Assembly: GCA_036822055.1 (NCBI GenBank) | Contig: DAISIK010000001.1 | Coordinates: forward strand, 66,989 to 90,988 | Source: Puniceicoccaceae bacterium | Lineage (GTDB): Bacteria; Verrucomicrobiota; Verrucomicrobiia; Opitutales; Puniceicoccaceae | Length of the DNA stretch: 24,000 bases | Direction: 5' to 3' | In this document: positions 1-9,118 of the stretch, in pieces | Numbering within the stretch: the first letter of the stretch is position 1 | Layout of the letters: every line of letters starts with the position of its first letter | The notes under the pieces: generated by a model | The model's input: only the letters and a program-made list of their open reading frames with translations | Database searches by the model: none | What the model was told of the DNA's origin: nothing | Translations under genes and position numbers: made by a program

Positions 1-993
1 TATCAGGGCCTCACCCTCAAGAAGGGCCCAACCACCGCTACCGACGACGAGCTCGATGCCGAGATCCAAAACCTTCTTTCGCAACACGCTGACTTCGTCC
101 CGATCGACGGACCCGGCAAGAAGGGTGACTACGCCAAATGCAGCTACCACGGCTCACTCGATGGCACCCCGGTTTCCGAGCTGCTCCCAGATCATCCGAT
201 TTATGGCACTCAGAATAATACCTGGGAGGAAGTCGGCGCCGAGGCCTCACCCGGAATCAGCAGCCTGATTGAGGCCCTCGTCGGCATGTCGGCAGGCTCG
301 AGCACCACCCTTGAACATCATTTCCCGGACGACTTTCCCCATCCCGAGCTTCAGGGAAAAACCGTAGCTTACACCCTTGAAGTGCACGAGGTACGCGAAC
401 GCCAATTTCCAGAGTTCAATGAGGAATTTGCGAAACTTCTGGAGTACGAATCCACCGACGACCTCAAAGCGGCCACTCGCGAAAAGCTCGAAAATCAAAA
501 GCGAAACCTGAACAGCAGTCTGATGCGGAAGCAGGTTATGGAGCGCTTGGACGCCAACAGCTCTTTCGACCTCCCTGAGAGCCTTGTCGAAACCCGAACC
601 CAACAGGTTCTCGTTGAATTCATTTCAGACCGCATCAGACAAGGGGCCGAACAAAAGGACTTCGAGGCCCATAAGGACCAACTCTTCGAGAGCGCCGAGC
701 AAGCCGCTCGCAAGCGGATCAAGCTGGACTTTATCTTTGCGAAGATTGCCGAAAAAGAAAACGTCACCGTCACCGAGGAGGATTTTAGCCGTTACATCTA
801 CTCCCGAGCTCTTCAAACACGGAAAAAGCCCCAGGATATCGTCAAGGAGCTGCAGGAGGACCGCCGTTCCATCGAAGAAATCCGGCGCAATATCCTCGCC
901 GAAAAAACGATCGTGAAAATCGTCGAGCAGGCCGACCAGCAAGAACTCTCCGCAGAAGAGTTTGAGCAGTTCACCCGGTCGCCGGGAGCTTGA
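1..993 (+). CDS. tig: Trigger factor (ribosome-associated chaperone / FKBP-type PPIase), 5'-truncated by the window edge
   Basis: Frame 1 is open from base 1 to the TGA at 991-993. The translation (YQGLTLKKGP...GDYAKCSYHGSLDGTPV...DLPESLVE...IKLDFIFAKIAEKENV) reads as the PPIase domain followed by the helical C-terminal domain. It sits in the classical tig-clpP-clpX synteny. Confidence 0.9.
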   Translation, partial: YQGLTLKKGPTTATDDELDAEIQNLLSQHADFVPIDGPGKKGDYAKCSYHGSLDGTPVSELLPDHPIYGTQNNTWEEVGAEASPGISSLIEALVGMSAGSSTTLEHHFPDDFPHPELQGKTVAYTLEVHEVRERQFPEFNEEFAKLLEYESTDDLKAATREKLENQKRNLNSSLMRKQVMERLDANSSFDLPESLVETRTQQVLVEFISDRIRQGAEQKDFEAHKDQLFESAEQAARKRIKLDFIFAKIAEKENVTVTEEDFSRYIYSRALQTRKKPQDIVKELQEDRRSIEEIRRNILAEKTIVKIVEQADQQELSAEEFEQFTRSPGA

Positions 994-1007
994 GTCCTCG
1001 CCGCTGC

Positions 1008-1036
1008 TTGCAATTGCCCGTCCCCCACTCAATACT
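1008..1036 (+). promoter_or_regulatory. Candidate sigma70-like promoter for clpP (TTGCAA, 17 nt spacer, AATACT)
   Basis: TTGCAA at 1008-1013, exact 17-nt spacer, AATACT at 1031-1036, about 17 nt upstream of the GTG start at 1053. Each hexamer matches the E. coli consensus at only 4 of 6 positions, and promoter rules for this lineage are unknown. Confidence 0.2.
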
Positions 1037-1052
1037 GTCGGTTTAATTCATC

Positions 1053-1679
1053 GTGAGCTATCTTCCACTACCATACGTCTACGAGCGCGACGGTCGCACC
1101 GAAAGAGCCTGGGACATCTACAGTCGCCTCCTTCGGGATCGCATCATCTTCATCGGCACACCGATCAACGATGCAGTCGCCAACGCTGTCATCGCCCAGC
1201 TTCTCTTCCTCCAGATGGAGGACCCCAAGAAAGACGTCCACATCTATATCAACACCCCCGGAGGAAGCGTCACCGACGGCATGGCGATCTACGACACCAT
1301 GGCCTTCATCAAGTGCGACGTGGTGACCTATTGCGTTGGTTTAGCCGCCAGCATGGGAACCGTCCTCCTCGCAGCCGGTACCAGGGGTAAGCGGTACGCC
1401 CTCCCAAACAGCCGCCTGCTTCTCCACCAACCCTCCGGCGGAGCTGGCGGGCAAGCCTCCGATATATCAATTGCTGCAAAAGAGATTCTCCGCTGGCGCA
1501 AAACCATCAACGAGGTCCTCTCCCGGCACACGGGCGAGCCAGTCTCCCGCATTGAGAAGGATTCAGACCGGGATTTCTACCTCTCTGCAGACGAAGCCAA
1601 GGCCTACGGCATCGTTGACCACGTTATTGAGAACAAGGCCGCCCTCACACCCGCAGAGGCCCAGTCCTCTCCCTCCTAG
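1053..1679 (+). CDS. clpP: ATP-dependent Clp protease proteolytic subunit ClpP
   Basis: 208 aa with a GTG start. Full-length ClpP signature: [14 protein letters not shown], catalytic Ser in GLAASMG, His in LLHQP, Asp in DSDRD. Followed directly by clpX. Confidence 0.97.
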   Translation: MSYLPLPYVYERDGRTERAWDIYSRLLRDRIIFIGTPINDAVANAVIAQLLFLQMEDPKKDVHIYINTPGGSVTDGMAIYDTMAFIKCDVVTYCVGLAASMGTVLLAAGTRGKRYALPNSRLLLHQPSGGAGGQASDISIAAKEILRWRKTINEVLSRHTGEPVSRIEKDSDRDFYLSADEAKAYGIVDHVIENKAALTPAEAQSSPS

Positions 1680-1694
1680 ACTCTCCGGCATTTC

Positions 1695-2990
1695 ATGGCA
1701 AAATCCACTCGCATGACCTTCTGCTCGTTTTGCGGAAAGTCCCAGAATGAGGTCCGGAAAATGATTGCTGGACCCGCCGGTGTCTACATCTGCGATTCGT
1801 GTGTGGCCGTCTGCAAAACCATCATTGATCGAGAGCTTCAGGATGCTCCCAAGGAGATCTCAGGAGACCCCCAGCAAGAGAAACAATCCCAACTTCGCCC
1901 CAGCCAGATCAAGGTCGCCCTCGACCAGTACATCGTTGGCCAAGACGATGCCAAGAGGGTCCTCTCCGTCGCAGTCTACAATCACTACAAGCGACTCTCC
2001 GCTGAAATTGCCCCGAAAATCGGCTCCGATGACTTCTCGGGCGTCGAAATCGAAAAAAGCAACGTCCTCCTCATCGGCCCAACGGGCAGCGGCAAGACAT
2101 TCCTCGCTCGTCAACTCGCCCGCCTCCTCAATGTGCCCTTTGCCATTGCCGATGCCACCACCCTTACCGAGGCTGGCTACGTCGGAGACGACGTTGAAAA
2201 CATCGTTCTCAGGCTCCTCCAGGCTGCCGATTTCGACGCTCGGCGCGCTGAGACCGGCATCATCTACGTTGACGAAATCGATAAAATCGGTCGCAAAACC
2301 GATAATGTCTCCATCACCCGCGACGTCTCCGGTGAGGGCGTCCAACAGGCCCTTCTCAAAATCCTCGAAGGCACGGTCTGCAACGTTCCGCCTCAGGGAG
2401 GACGCAAGCACCCAAACCAGGAGTACATCCAAGTCGATACCTCAAAAATCCTTTTCATCTGCGGTGGGGCCTTTGTCGGTCTCAAAGAGATCGTCCAAAA
2501 CCGGCACGGCAACAAATTCCTCGGTTTTCAGACCGACTCGAAAACGACCCCAAAAACTGAGGCTCCCGATTCTCAGATTCTCCGAGAGGTTCAACCCGAG
2601 GACCTCGTCCGTTTTGGGCTCATCCCCGAGTTCATCGGGCGCCTGCCGACCGTCTCCATATTGGACGAGCTCGATCTCCAGAGCCTCGAGTATATCCTCA
2701 CTTCCACAAAAAACTCCCTCCTCCGCCAGTACTCGAAGCTCTTTTCCTACGACCATGTCGAGCTTCGCTTCAGCAAAGATGCCGTAACCGCCATCGCCGA
2801 GAAGGCCCTTACAATGAAGACGGGCGCCCGCGCCCTCAGGTCAATCCTTGAACGACTAATGCTCGACGTCATGTTTGAGATCCCAGACCAGGGGGATATC
2901 GAATCCGTCTCGGTCACCCGGGCCGTTGTTGAAGGCAGGGCCAAGCCCCGAATTCGTCGGCGCCGCGATTCCAAGAAAAATGCCGCCTGA
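1695..2990 (+). CDS. clpX: ATP-dependent Clp protease ATP-binding subunit ClpX
   Basis: 431 aa. N-terminal zinc-binding CSFCGK...CDSCV, Walker A GPTGSGKT, Walker [13 protein letters not shown] ClpP-docking loop (FLGFQ), C-terminal [11 protein letters not shown]. Confidence 0.97.
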   Translation: MAKSTRMTFCSFCGKSQNEVRKMIAGPAGVYICDSCVAVCKTIIDRELQDAPKEISGDPQQEKQSQLRPSQIKVALDQYIVGQDDAKRVLSVAVYNHYKRLSAEIAPKIGSDDFSGVEIEKSNVLLIGPTGSGKTFLARQLARLLNVPFAIADATTLTEAGYVGDDVENIVLRLLQAADFDARRAETGIIYVDEIDKIGRKTDNVSITRDVSGEGVQQALLKILEGTVCNVPPQGGRKHPNQEYIQVDTSKILFICGGAFVGLKEIVQNRHGNKFLGFQTDSKTTPKTEAPDSQILREVQPEDLVRFGLIPEFIGRLPTVSILDELDLQSLEYILTSTKNSLLRQYSKLFSYDHVELRFSKDAVTAIAEKALTMKTGARALRSILERLMLDVMFEIPDQGDIESVSVTRAVVEGRAKPRIRRRRDSKKNAA

Positions 2991-3330
2991 GGCCGATCCC
3001 CCAGAGCACCCGCCCGCGCTCCCAGACATCATCGTCGATCCCTACGCCCCACCCCCCGGTAAAAGGCGCCGCAAAGTCGATCTGCTCGCCCTTAATTCAG
3101 CTTTCATGCGGGTGCCAGGGATGAAAATTGAGGGAGCCCGGGCCCTCCTCGACCTCGGTCTCTCCCAGCTCTATGAGCTGGCCGGTCGGTCCCCCGAGGC
3201 CCTCCTCGCCGACCTCCCCCCGGAACGACAAAACCAGGGTCAAATTCTTCCGTGTTTCCGACTAGCCGTTTACTATGCCGAAACCAGCGACCCCGATCCA
3301 AGCCTCTTGCGCAGTGAGGCATGGAGGTAG
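2980..3330 (+). CDS. Small helix-hairpin-helix protein, Cdd1 ('pathogenicity locus') family-like
   Basis: The track ORF is 2875-3330. I place the start at the ATG at 2980, which overlaps the clpX stop by 11 nt. 116 aa: Pro-rich N-terminus with KRRRK, then [35 protein letters not shown] (HhH) and [10 protein letters not shown]. This resembles the Cdd1/PF11731 pattern as I recall it. Confidence 0.55.
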   Translation: MPPEADPPEHPPALPDIIVDPYAPPPGKRRRKVDLLALNSAFMRVPGMKIEGARALLDLGLSQLYELAGRSPEALLADLPPERQNQGQILPCFRLAVYYAETSDPDPSLLRSEAWR

Positions 3331-3393
3331 CCCCACGACCCAGATTGGCCATCGATTCCCTTGCCTAGCGGCAGGCATTGATTCATACCGAGA

Positions 3394-5730
3394 ATGATGA
3401 CCACTGAGGCGATTAATTTTACCGGTCTCGACGAACAAGCCATTCGCTCGATCCTTGAGGAGCACCGCCTTGGTCTTACTGTAGAGGAGGCCCGCAAAAT
3501 CCAGTTTGAGATCCTTCAGCGCCCCCCGACCCTTACCGAATTGGTGCTCTGGTCGATTCAAGGCTCAGAGCATTGCTCCTACAAAAGCAGCCGCCCTTTC
3601 CTCAAGGCTTTCGTCACCGATGCGCCGAACGTCATCCTTGGCCCCAGGGAAGATGCCGGCATCGTCGAGGCCGCTCGCGACGCCCTCGGCAACCGCTATG
3701 GCATCGCCCTCAGTCACGAATCTCACAATCACCCCTCCCAGATTGTCCCCTACGAGGGGGCAGCCACCGGAGTAGGCGGGAACGTCCGCGACGTTTGCTG
3801 CATGGGAGCCACCGTCGTTGCCCTCGCTGATGGGCTTCGCTTTGGCCCTGTCGATTCCAACAAAACCCGCTGGATCCAAAGTGGGGTGGTTTCCGGTATC
3901 GCTGGCTACGGCAATCCCCTCGGCATTCCCAGCTTGGCAGGGGACCTTTGGTTCGACGATGGCTACGCTGACAACTGCCTCGTCACCGTCCTCACCCTCG
4001 GGGCCATTGCCGAGGCCGAGCTCATCCACTCCGCCGCCCCTTCCGGATCCGAGGGCTATCAACTCATTCTGGTTGGTAAACCCACAGACAATAGCGGCTT
4101 CGGAGGAGCGAGCTTTGCCTCCTTTGAACTCGAGGAATCCGAGAAGGAAAAAAACAAGGGAGCCGTCCAGGAACCCAATGCCTTTCTCGAGCGTCACCTC
4201 CTCAAAGCTACCTACTCCCTCCGCGATATCCTTCGCTCCGAAGGGCGCATTTCCGACGTCGGCTTTAAGGACCTTGGCGCCGGAGGCATAGCCTGCGCCG
4301 CAGTTGAGCTGGCGGATGCCGCCGGTCTCGGAGCGCACCTGCAGTTGGAGCTGGTTCCCCTTGCCACACCCCAGCTCGCCCCTCATGTCGCCCTTTGCTC
4401 AGAGACGCAGGAGCGCTTCATGTGGGTCGCTCCTCCCGACCTCACCCCACGCATCCTCGAGCATTACAACCATACCTTCGACCTTCCCGGCATCTCCACC
4501 GGTGCCCGCGCTTCGGTCGTCGGAACCATTCGCTCAGATGGTCGATTCCTGGTCACCCACCACGGAGAAGTTCTCGTCGATGCAGCGGCCAGTGAGGTCA
4601 CCCGAGGTTTGGTTTACCAACGGCCGTGGAAATACCAACCGCGAAACTTTCAAGAGCCTGATGGGACCCTTGAACGCAGCGATCCCGCAAACGTCCTCCG
4701 CAGATTGCTCGCCCACCCCAACGTTGCCTCCCGCGAACCCATCTACGAATCCTACGATAAGCAGGTGCAAGGGCTTGTCTCCCTCGAGCGGGGGCGTGGA
4801 GCAGCCGGCGTCCTTCGACCCTTCGACGACCTCCGCTTTCCCGCCGAGATCCGTCAGGTCGGCGTGGCGGTAGCCCTCGATCAAAACCCTCGCTACAACC
4901 GTATCGACCCTTATTGGGGTGCCGTTCTCGCCGTCACCGGCGCCATGCGTAAGGTCGCCGCCGTCGGCGCCTCGCCCATCGCCATCACCGATTGCCTCTG
5001 TTACGGCAACCCGGAGAAACCAGCCCAAATGGCAGACTTTGTCCTCGGCATCAACGGGGTTGCCGATGCCTGTAAAAACATTCACCTGCGCGATTTCCCT
5101 GCTCACCCGGTCCCCATCGTTGCCGGAAACGTTTCCCTCTACAACGAGTCTTCCCAGCGAGCCATCCCCCCCAGTCCCATCATTGGGTGTATTGGAAAAA
5201 TGGATACAGCGGATCTCTCCCTTCCCTTCTCTCTTCAAGAAGTGGGCTCGGACATCTATCTCATCGGGGAAAGGCTCAACGAACTCGGGGGCAGCCTTCT
5301 CTATCAACTGCTGGGCTTCACCGGATCAACCATCCCAAAGCCGGATTTCGAAAAAACCGAGGCCGAGATCCATCTTCTTGTTGAGCTGGCTGCCCGCAGG
5401 CTTCTCCTCTCAGCCATTCCAATTGCCGAGGGTGGACTGGCTCTCGCTGCCTCCCGTCTTGCCATCCACGGCAACCTCGGTCTTGACCTTACCCTTCAAT
5501 CACCCCTCCAACCCATACGGGCGTGGTTTTCCGAGACTCCCGGATTCCTCGTCGAAGCCCGGCCTTCCCATCGCTCGGAAATCGAAGATCTCCTCCACGC
5601 TTCAGGTGTCTCCTGGCAGCGCCTCGGCCAAACCGGGGGCTCTTCCATTTCTTTTGAGGGCCTTCTCGAAGTTTCTGTCTCCGAAGTAGCCCCCGCCTAC
5701 CACAACTCCCTTCGCGAACAACTGACCTAA
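3394..5730 (+). CDS. purL: Phosphoribosylformylglycinamidine (FGAM) synthase subunit PurL (small-PurL type)
   Basis: 778 aa. Motifs LVLWSIQGSEHCSYKSS, ESHNHPSQIVPYEGAATGVGGNVRD, duplicated AIRS-like halves. Heads a purine operon. Confidence 0.95.
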   Translation: MMTTEAINFTGLDEQAIRSILEEHRLGLTVEEARKIQFEILQRPPTLTELVLWSIQGSEHCSYKSSRPFLKAFVTDAPNVILGPREDAGIVEAARDALGNRYGIALSHESHNHPSQIVPYEGAATGVGGNVRDVCCMGATVVALADGLRFGPVDSNKTRWIQSGVVSGIAGYGNPLGIPSLAGDLWFDDGYADNCLVTVLTLGAIAEAELIHSAAPSGSEGYQLILVGKPTDNSGFGGASFASFELEESEKEKNKGAVQEPNAFLERHLLKATYSLRDILRSEGRISDVGFKDLGAGGIACAAVELADAAGLGAHLQLELVPLATPQLAPHVALCSETQERFMWVAPPDLTPRILEHYNHTFDLPGISTGARASVVGTIRSDGRFLVTHHGEVLVDAAASEVTRGLVYQRPWKYQPRNFQEPDGTLERSDPANVLRRLLAHPNVASREPIYESYDKQVQGLVSLERGRGAAGVLRPFDDLRFPAEIRQVGVAVALDQNPRYNRIDPYWGAVLAVTGAMRKVAAVGASPIAITDCLCYGNPEKPAQMADFVLGINGVADACKNIHLRDFPAHPVPIVAGNVSLYNESSQRAIPPSPIIGCIGKMDTADLSLPFSLQEVGSDIYLIGERLNELGGSLLYQLLGFTGSTIPKPDFEKTEAEIHLLVELAARRLLLSAIPIAEGGLALAASRLAIHGNLGLDLTLQSPLQPIRAWFSETPGFLVEARPSHRSEIEDLLHASGVSWQRLGQTGGSSISFEGLLEVSVSEVAPAYHNSLREQLT

Positions 5731-5742
5731 CTGATCTCCCCT

Positions 5743-6795
5743 ATGCCCAAACTGGATTACTCAGCCGCTGGCGTTGATATCGATGCCGGAAACCGGACTG
5801 TCGAGCTCATCAAACAAACCGTTGCCCGCACCCACCGACCGCAGGTTCTCGCAGGGATCGGCAGTTTTGGTTCCTTCTTTGACCTCTCTGCCCTGCTCCA
5901 ACAATACCGCCGACCAGTCATGGTCCAGAGCATTGACGGAGTCGGTACCAAGGTCACGGTTGCCAGAATGGCCCAGAGCTACCGCAGCCTCGGGCACGAT
6001 GTCGTTAGCGCTTGTTGTAACGACATCATCGTCCACGGAGCCGCTCCACTCACCTTTCTCGATTACATCGCCAACCAGAAGCTTGTCCCCGAGGTGGTCG
6101 CCGAAATCGTTTCAGGCATGGCCGAAGCATGCCTCGAAAATGGCATCTCTTTGGTAGGGGGAGAGACCGCCGAAATGCCCTCCACCTACCAGCCTTCCGA
6201 ACACGATCTCGTTGGCGTCATCACCGGAGTTGTCGAATATGAGAAAATCATCGATGGACGGGCGGTTCTTCCCGGTCAGGCCGTCATCGGGATCCACTCA
6301 AGCGGACTGCACACCAATGGCTACTCTTTAGCGCGGAAGGTATTTTTCGAGGTTGGCAACTTTTCCCTCGAAACCGTCCTCCCCGAGCTCGGGGCACCCT
6401 TGGGCGAAGTCCTCCTCAGGCCTCACCTCAATTACACCCGGCCAATCCACGCCCTCCTCGAAAAGGATTTCCCGATCACCTCGATCGCTCACATTACTGG
6501 TGGTGGCTTGCTGGAAAACATCCCTCGCGTTCTCCCCCCGCAGACCCGTGTCGAGCTCGACCTCTCCTCTTGGCAAGTTCCGCCGGTTTTTCAATTGATC
6601 GGCCAACTTGCCCAACTCGAACCCTCAGATCTTTTTCGAACCTTCAACATGGGGATCGGGATGACCGTCATTTGTCCCCCCGAGACCGCTCCGTCGGCCA
6701 TCTCCGCCATTGAGAACAGTGGTCCCTTTACCGCCAGCCTGATTGGAAAAACCGCCTCTGGAAACCGGGAAGTCAGGCTCCTCCCTCAAGCTTAG
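5743..6795 (+). CDS. purM: Phosphoribosylformylglycinamidine cyclo-ligase (AIR synthetase) PurM
   Basis: 350 aa. YSAAGVDIDAGN, SIDGVGTKV, GGETAEMP, HITGGGLLENIPRVLP are typical PurM motifs. Confidence 0.95.
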   Translation: MPKLDYSAAGVDIDAGNRTVELIKQTVARTHRPQVLAGIGSFGSFFDLSALLQQYRRPVMVQSIDGVGTKVTVARMAQSYRSLGHDVVSACCNDIIVHGAAPLTFLDYIANQKLVPEVVAEIVSGMAEACLENGISLVGGETAEMPSTYQPSEHDLVGVITGVVEYEKIIDGRAVLPGQAVIGIHSSGLHTNGYSLARKVFFEVGNFSLETVLPELGAPLGEVLLRPHLNYTRPIHALLEKDFPITSIAHITGGGLLENIPRVLPPQTRVELDLSSWQVPPVFQLIGQLAQLEPSDLFRTFNMGIGMTVICPPETAPSAISAIENSGPFTASLIGKTASGNREVRLLPQA

Positions 6796-6805
6796 GACGA
6801 CGCCC

Positions 6806-8074
6806 ATGTTTCGCATCGCCATCATTGTTTTTCCCGGGAGTAATTGCGAGACCGAGTCTGCCGCCGCCATCCGCCGGGCCGGCATGGAGCCGGTTGAGTT
6901 CCTCTGGAACGGTCCCACTGAAACCCTGCAATCCTGCGACGGGTTTTTCCTCGTCGGCGGTTTTTCCTACGAGGACCGCTCTCGTGCCGGCATCATTGCC
7001 TCCCTCGACCCCGTCATCCAAACCATTCGCGATGCCGCCGATTCAGGGAAACCCGTTCTCGGAATCTGCAACGGTGCCCAGATTCTCGTCGAGACCGGTA
7101 TCGTCCCCGGCACCGGGTCGATCTCCGCAGCCCTCGCTGCCAACCAGAGGCTTCACCGCGGTCAGGTCGTTGGTCACGGTTTTTTCAATACATGGGTGAA
7201 CCTAGGGCTGGCCTGCCCGCCCCCTGCCTGCGCCTTCACCCGTCTCTTTCCTCCACAGACCAACCTGAGTGTCCCTATCGCCCACGCCGAAGGGCGCTTT
7301 GTCCTGCCTCCCGATCTTCTCCCGCTCCTCGAGGCCAACCAGCAGGTCGTTTTCCGCTACGTCGATTCAGCTGGCCACCCGGACCCCGCCTTTCCGACCA
7401 ACCCAAACGGCAGCGTTGCCAACATCGCTGCCCTGTCCAACCACCGGGGCAACGCGCTCGCCATCATGCCGCACCCCGAGCGCACCGCCGCCGGGGATCT
7501 TCTCTTCACTTCTCTTCGCGACTATCTCGAAGCTGGCTCCCCCACCCGAGACGGTGAGCTTCAGTGGCAGCCAGCTCCTGCCAGCGAGCCCCTGGCGTGG
7601 GTTCCCCAACCTCGGGAAACCCTCCTTCCCATCCATCTGATCATCACTGATAACGTCGCCGATTCGGTCGAACGCGCCCTGCAAAATCGGGGCTTTTCCC
7701 TATCCGTGGAGCGCCAGGTCGTCTGGGGCCTTCAAATCGATCCCAGCCTCCACCAAGTCACCCTCGACCAGATTCATTCCTCCGGAGTCCTCTACAACTC
7801 CAACAAGGAATATCCTGTCACCAGTCCCTTTGCCCCGTCTTCCGACCATCAGGCAGTCCTCATCAGCGAACCAATGCTCGACGTAGAAGCCCTCCGACGC
7901 TACCAAAACCTGCAGTCCCATTTCTCCATTCCCGGCCTTCAGGCACTTTCCCGCCGCACCTTTTGGAGACTATCCTTTCCCCAACCGGTAGATCCCCAAA
8001 CCCTCTTCGAAATCGCCCTCACCCACATCTTTCACAACCCAGTTTCCGATAAGCTTTTCCGCCTCGCGCCTTGA
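6806..8074 (+). CDS. purQ: FGAM synthase glutaminase subunit PurQ with a C-terminal extension of about 150 aa resembling two tandem PurS modules
   Basis: The track ORF starts at 6743 inside purM. The ATG at 6806 lies 10 nt after the purM stop and gives MFRIAIIVFPGSNCE. PurQ core: nucleophile Cys in GICNGAQ, HAEGRF, MPHPER. After a Pro-rich linker, residues ~273-422 read as two PurS-like repeats (see findings). Confidence 0.9.
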   Translation: MFRIAIIVFPGSNCETESAAAIRRAGMEPVEFLWNGPTETLQSCDGFFLVGGFSYEDRSRAGIIASLDPVIQTIRDAADSGKPVLGICNGAQILVETGIVPGTGSISAALAANQRLHRGQVVGHGFFNTWVNLGLACPPPACAFTRLFPPQTNLSVPIAHAEGRFVLPPDLLPLLEANQQVVFRYVDSAGHPDPAFPTNPNGSVANIAALSNHRGNALAIMPHPERTAAGDLLFTSLRDYLEAGSPTRDGELQWQPAPASEPLAWVPQPRETLLPIHLIITDNVADSVERALQNRGFSLSVERQVVWGLQIDPSLHQVTLDQIHSSGVLYNSNKEYPVTSPFAPSSDHQAVLISEPMLDVEALRRYQNLQSHFSIPGLQALSRRTFWRLSFPQPVDPQTLFEIALTHIFHNPVSDKLFRLAP

Positions 8075-9042
8075 AACCGTCGCTAAACTCCCTCCGTCCC
8101 CATCTCGCCGGAACCCTTGACCGCACTCACCTGAGGACTCCCGTCCTTCGAGGAAAGGTGCGCGACCTCTACCCCCTCGGGGAGGAAGTCCTCTTCATCT
8201 GCACCGATCGGCTGACTGGCTTCGATCGCTTCCTCACCCGTATCCCGCTCAAAGGCAGCATCCTTAATCAAACCAGTAGCTGGTGGTTTTCACAGACCGA
8301 GCACCTCATCCCCAACCACTTCCTCCACTCCCCCGCCCCCGCTGCCACCGTCGCCCGCCGGTGCGAAATGCTTCCCCTCGAGTTTGTCGTGCGCGGTTAC
8401 CTCACTGGCACTACCGATACTTCCCTCTGGACCCATTACGCCAAGGGAATTCGGCGGTACTGCGACCAATCGATTCCCGATGGCCTCCGAAAGAATGATC
8501 CCCTTCCCGTCCCCATTCTCACCCCCACCACCAAATCCAAGGACCATGACCGACCCATCGGCGAGGCTGAGATCCTCTCCTCTGGCCTCATCTCTCCCGC
8601 CGATTGGGAGGTAGCCAGCTCCGCCGCCCTCGCCCTCTTCCGATTTGGCTCGGAAGTCGCCGCCGAGCGCGGTCTTGTTCTCGTCGATACCAAATACGAG
8701 TTCGGGAAACTTCCCGATGGCACCATCATTCTGGCCGACGAAATCCACACTCCCGATTCCAGTCGGTACTGGATCGCTTCCACCCTCGAAGAACGCCTCT
8801 CCCAGGGTCTCGAGCCGGAGAATATCGACAAGGAAATCATCCGCCTTTGGTATCGCGAACACTGCGATCCCTACGTTGATGTGAACCTGCCAAAACTCCC
8901 TGACGAACTGATTCTCGAGCTGTCTGCCCGCTACCTCCAGCTCTTCGCCATGATCACCGGGCAACCCTTTCCCCTGCCAGCTCCGACTCAGGATCCCGAA
9001 GCGGTCCTCGCCGCCACCCTCCGTGCCCAAAATATCCTCTAG
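8071..9042 (+). CDS. purC: Phosphoribosylaminoimidazole-succinocarboxamide (SAICAR) synthase PurC, long form
   Basis: 323 aa. TTG start forms a TTGA overlap with the purQ stop, and it is the only standard start upstream of the conserved RGKVRDLY. Motifs TDRLTGFD and LVLVDTKYEFG. Confidence 0.9.
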   Translation: MKPSLNSLRPHLAGTLDRTHLRTPVLRGKVRDLYPLGEEVLFICTDRLTGFDRFLTRIPLKGSILNQTSSWWFSQTEHLIPNHFLHSPAPAATVARRCEMLPLEFVVRGYLTGTTDTSLWTHYAKGIRRYCDQSIPDGLRKNDPLPVPILTPTTKSKDHDRPIGEAEILSSGLISPADWEVASSAALALFRFGSEVAAERGLVLVDTKYEFGKLPDGTIILADEIHTPDSSRYWIASTLEERLSQGLEPENIDKEIIRLWYREHCDPYVDVNLPKLPDELILELSARYLQLFAMITGQPFPLPAPTQDPEAVLAATLRAQNIL

Positions 9043-9118
9043 GCCCTGGAGCCCCTAATCCACTCCCCAGGTTGGCCCTTACCCCTCCAGCCAGCCCGCT
9101 CCCTACCCGATACCCATC

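Noticed and set aside
1007-1030. Sigma32-like elements upstream of clpP: CTTGCAA and CCCCCACTC.
   Set aside because: The hexamers resemble CTTGAAA and CCCCATNT, but the spacing of about 9 nt is much shorter than the roughly 13-15 nt I recall for heat-shock promoters.
1765-2787. 340-aa alternative-frame ORF inside clpX, plus the antisense ORF at 1860-2432.
   Set aside because: The translations are Ser/Pro/Arg-rich and low in complexity. The region is fully explained by an unmistakable ClpX frame.
3565-5689. Several long ORFs: 3565-4386 minus, 4534-5307 minus, 4304-4873 plus, 4919-5689 plus.
   Set aside because: All lie within purL in other frames or on the other strand. They are compositionally biased (G/P/S/R) and show no recognisable domains.
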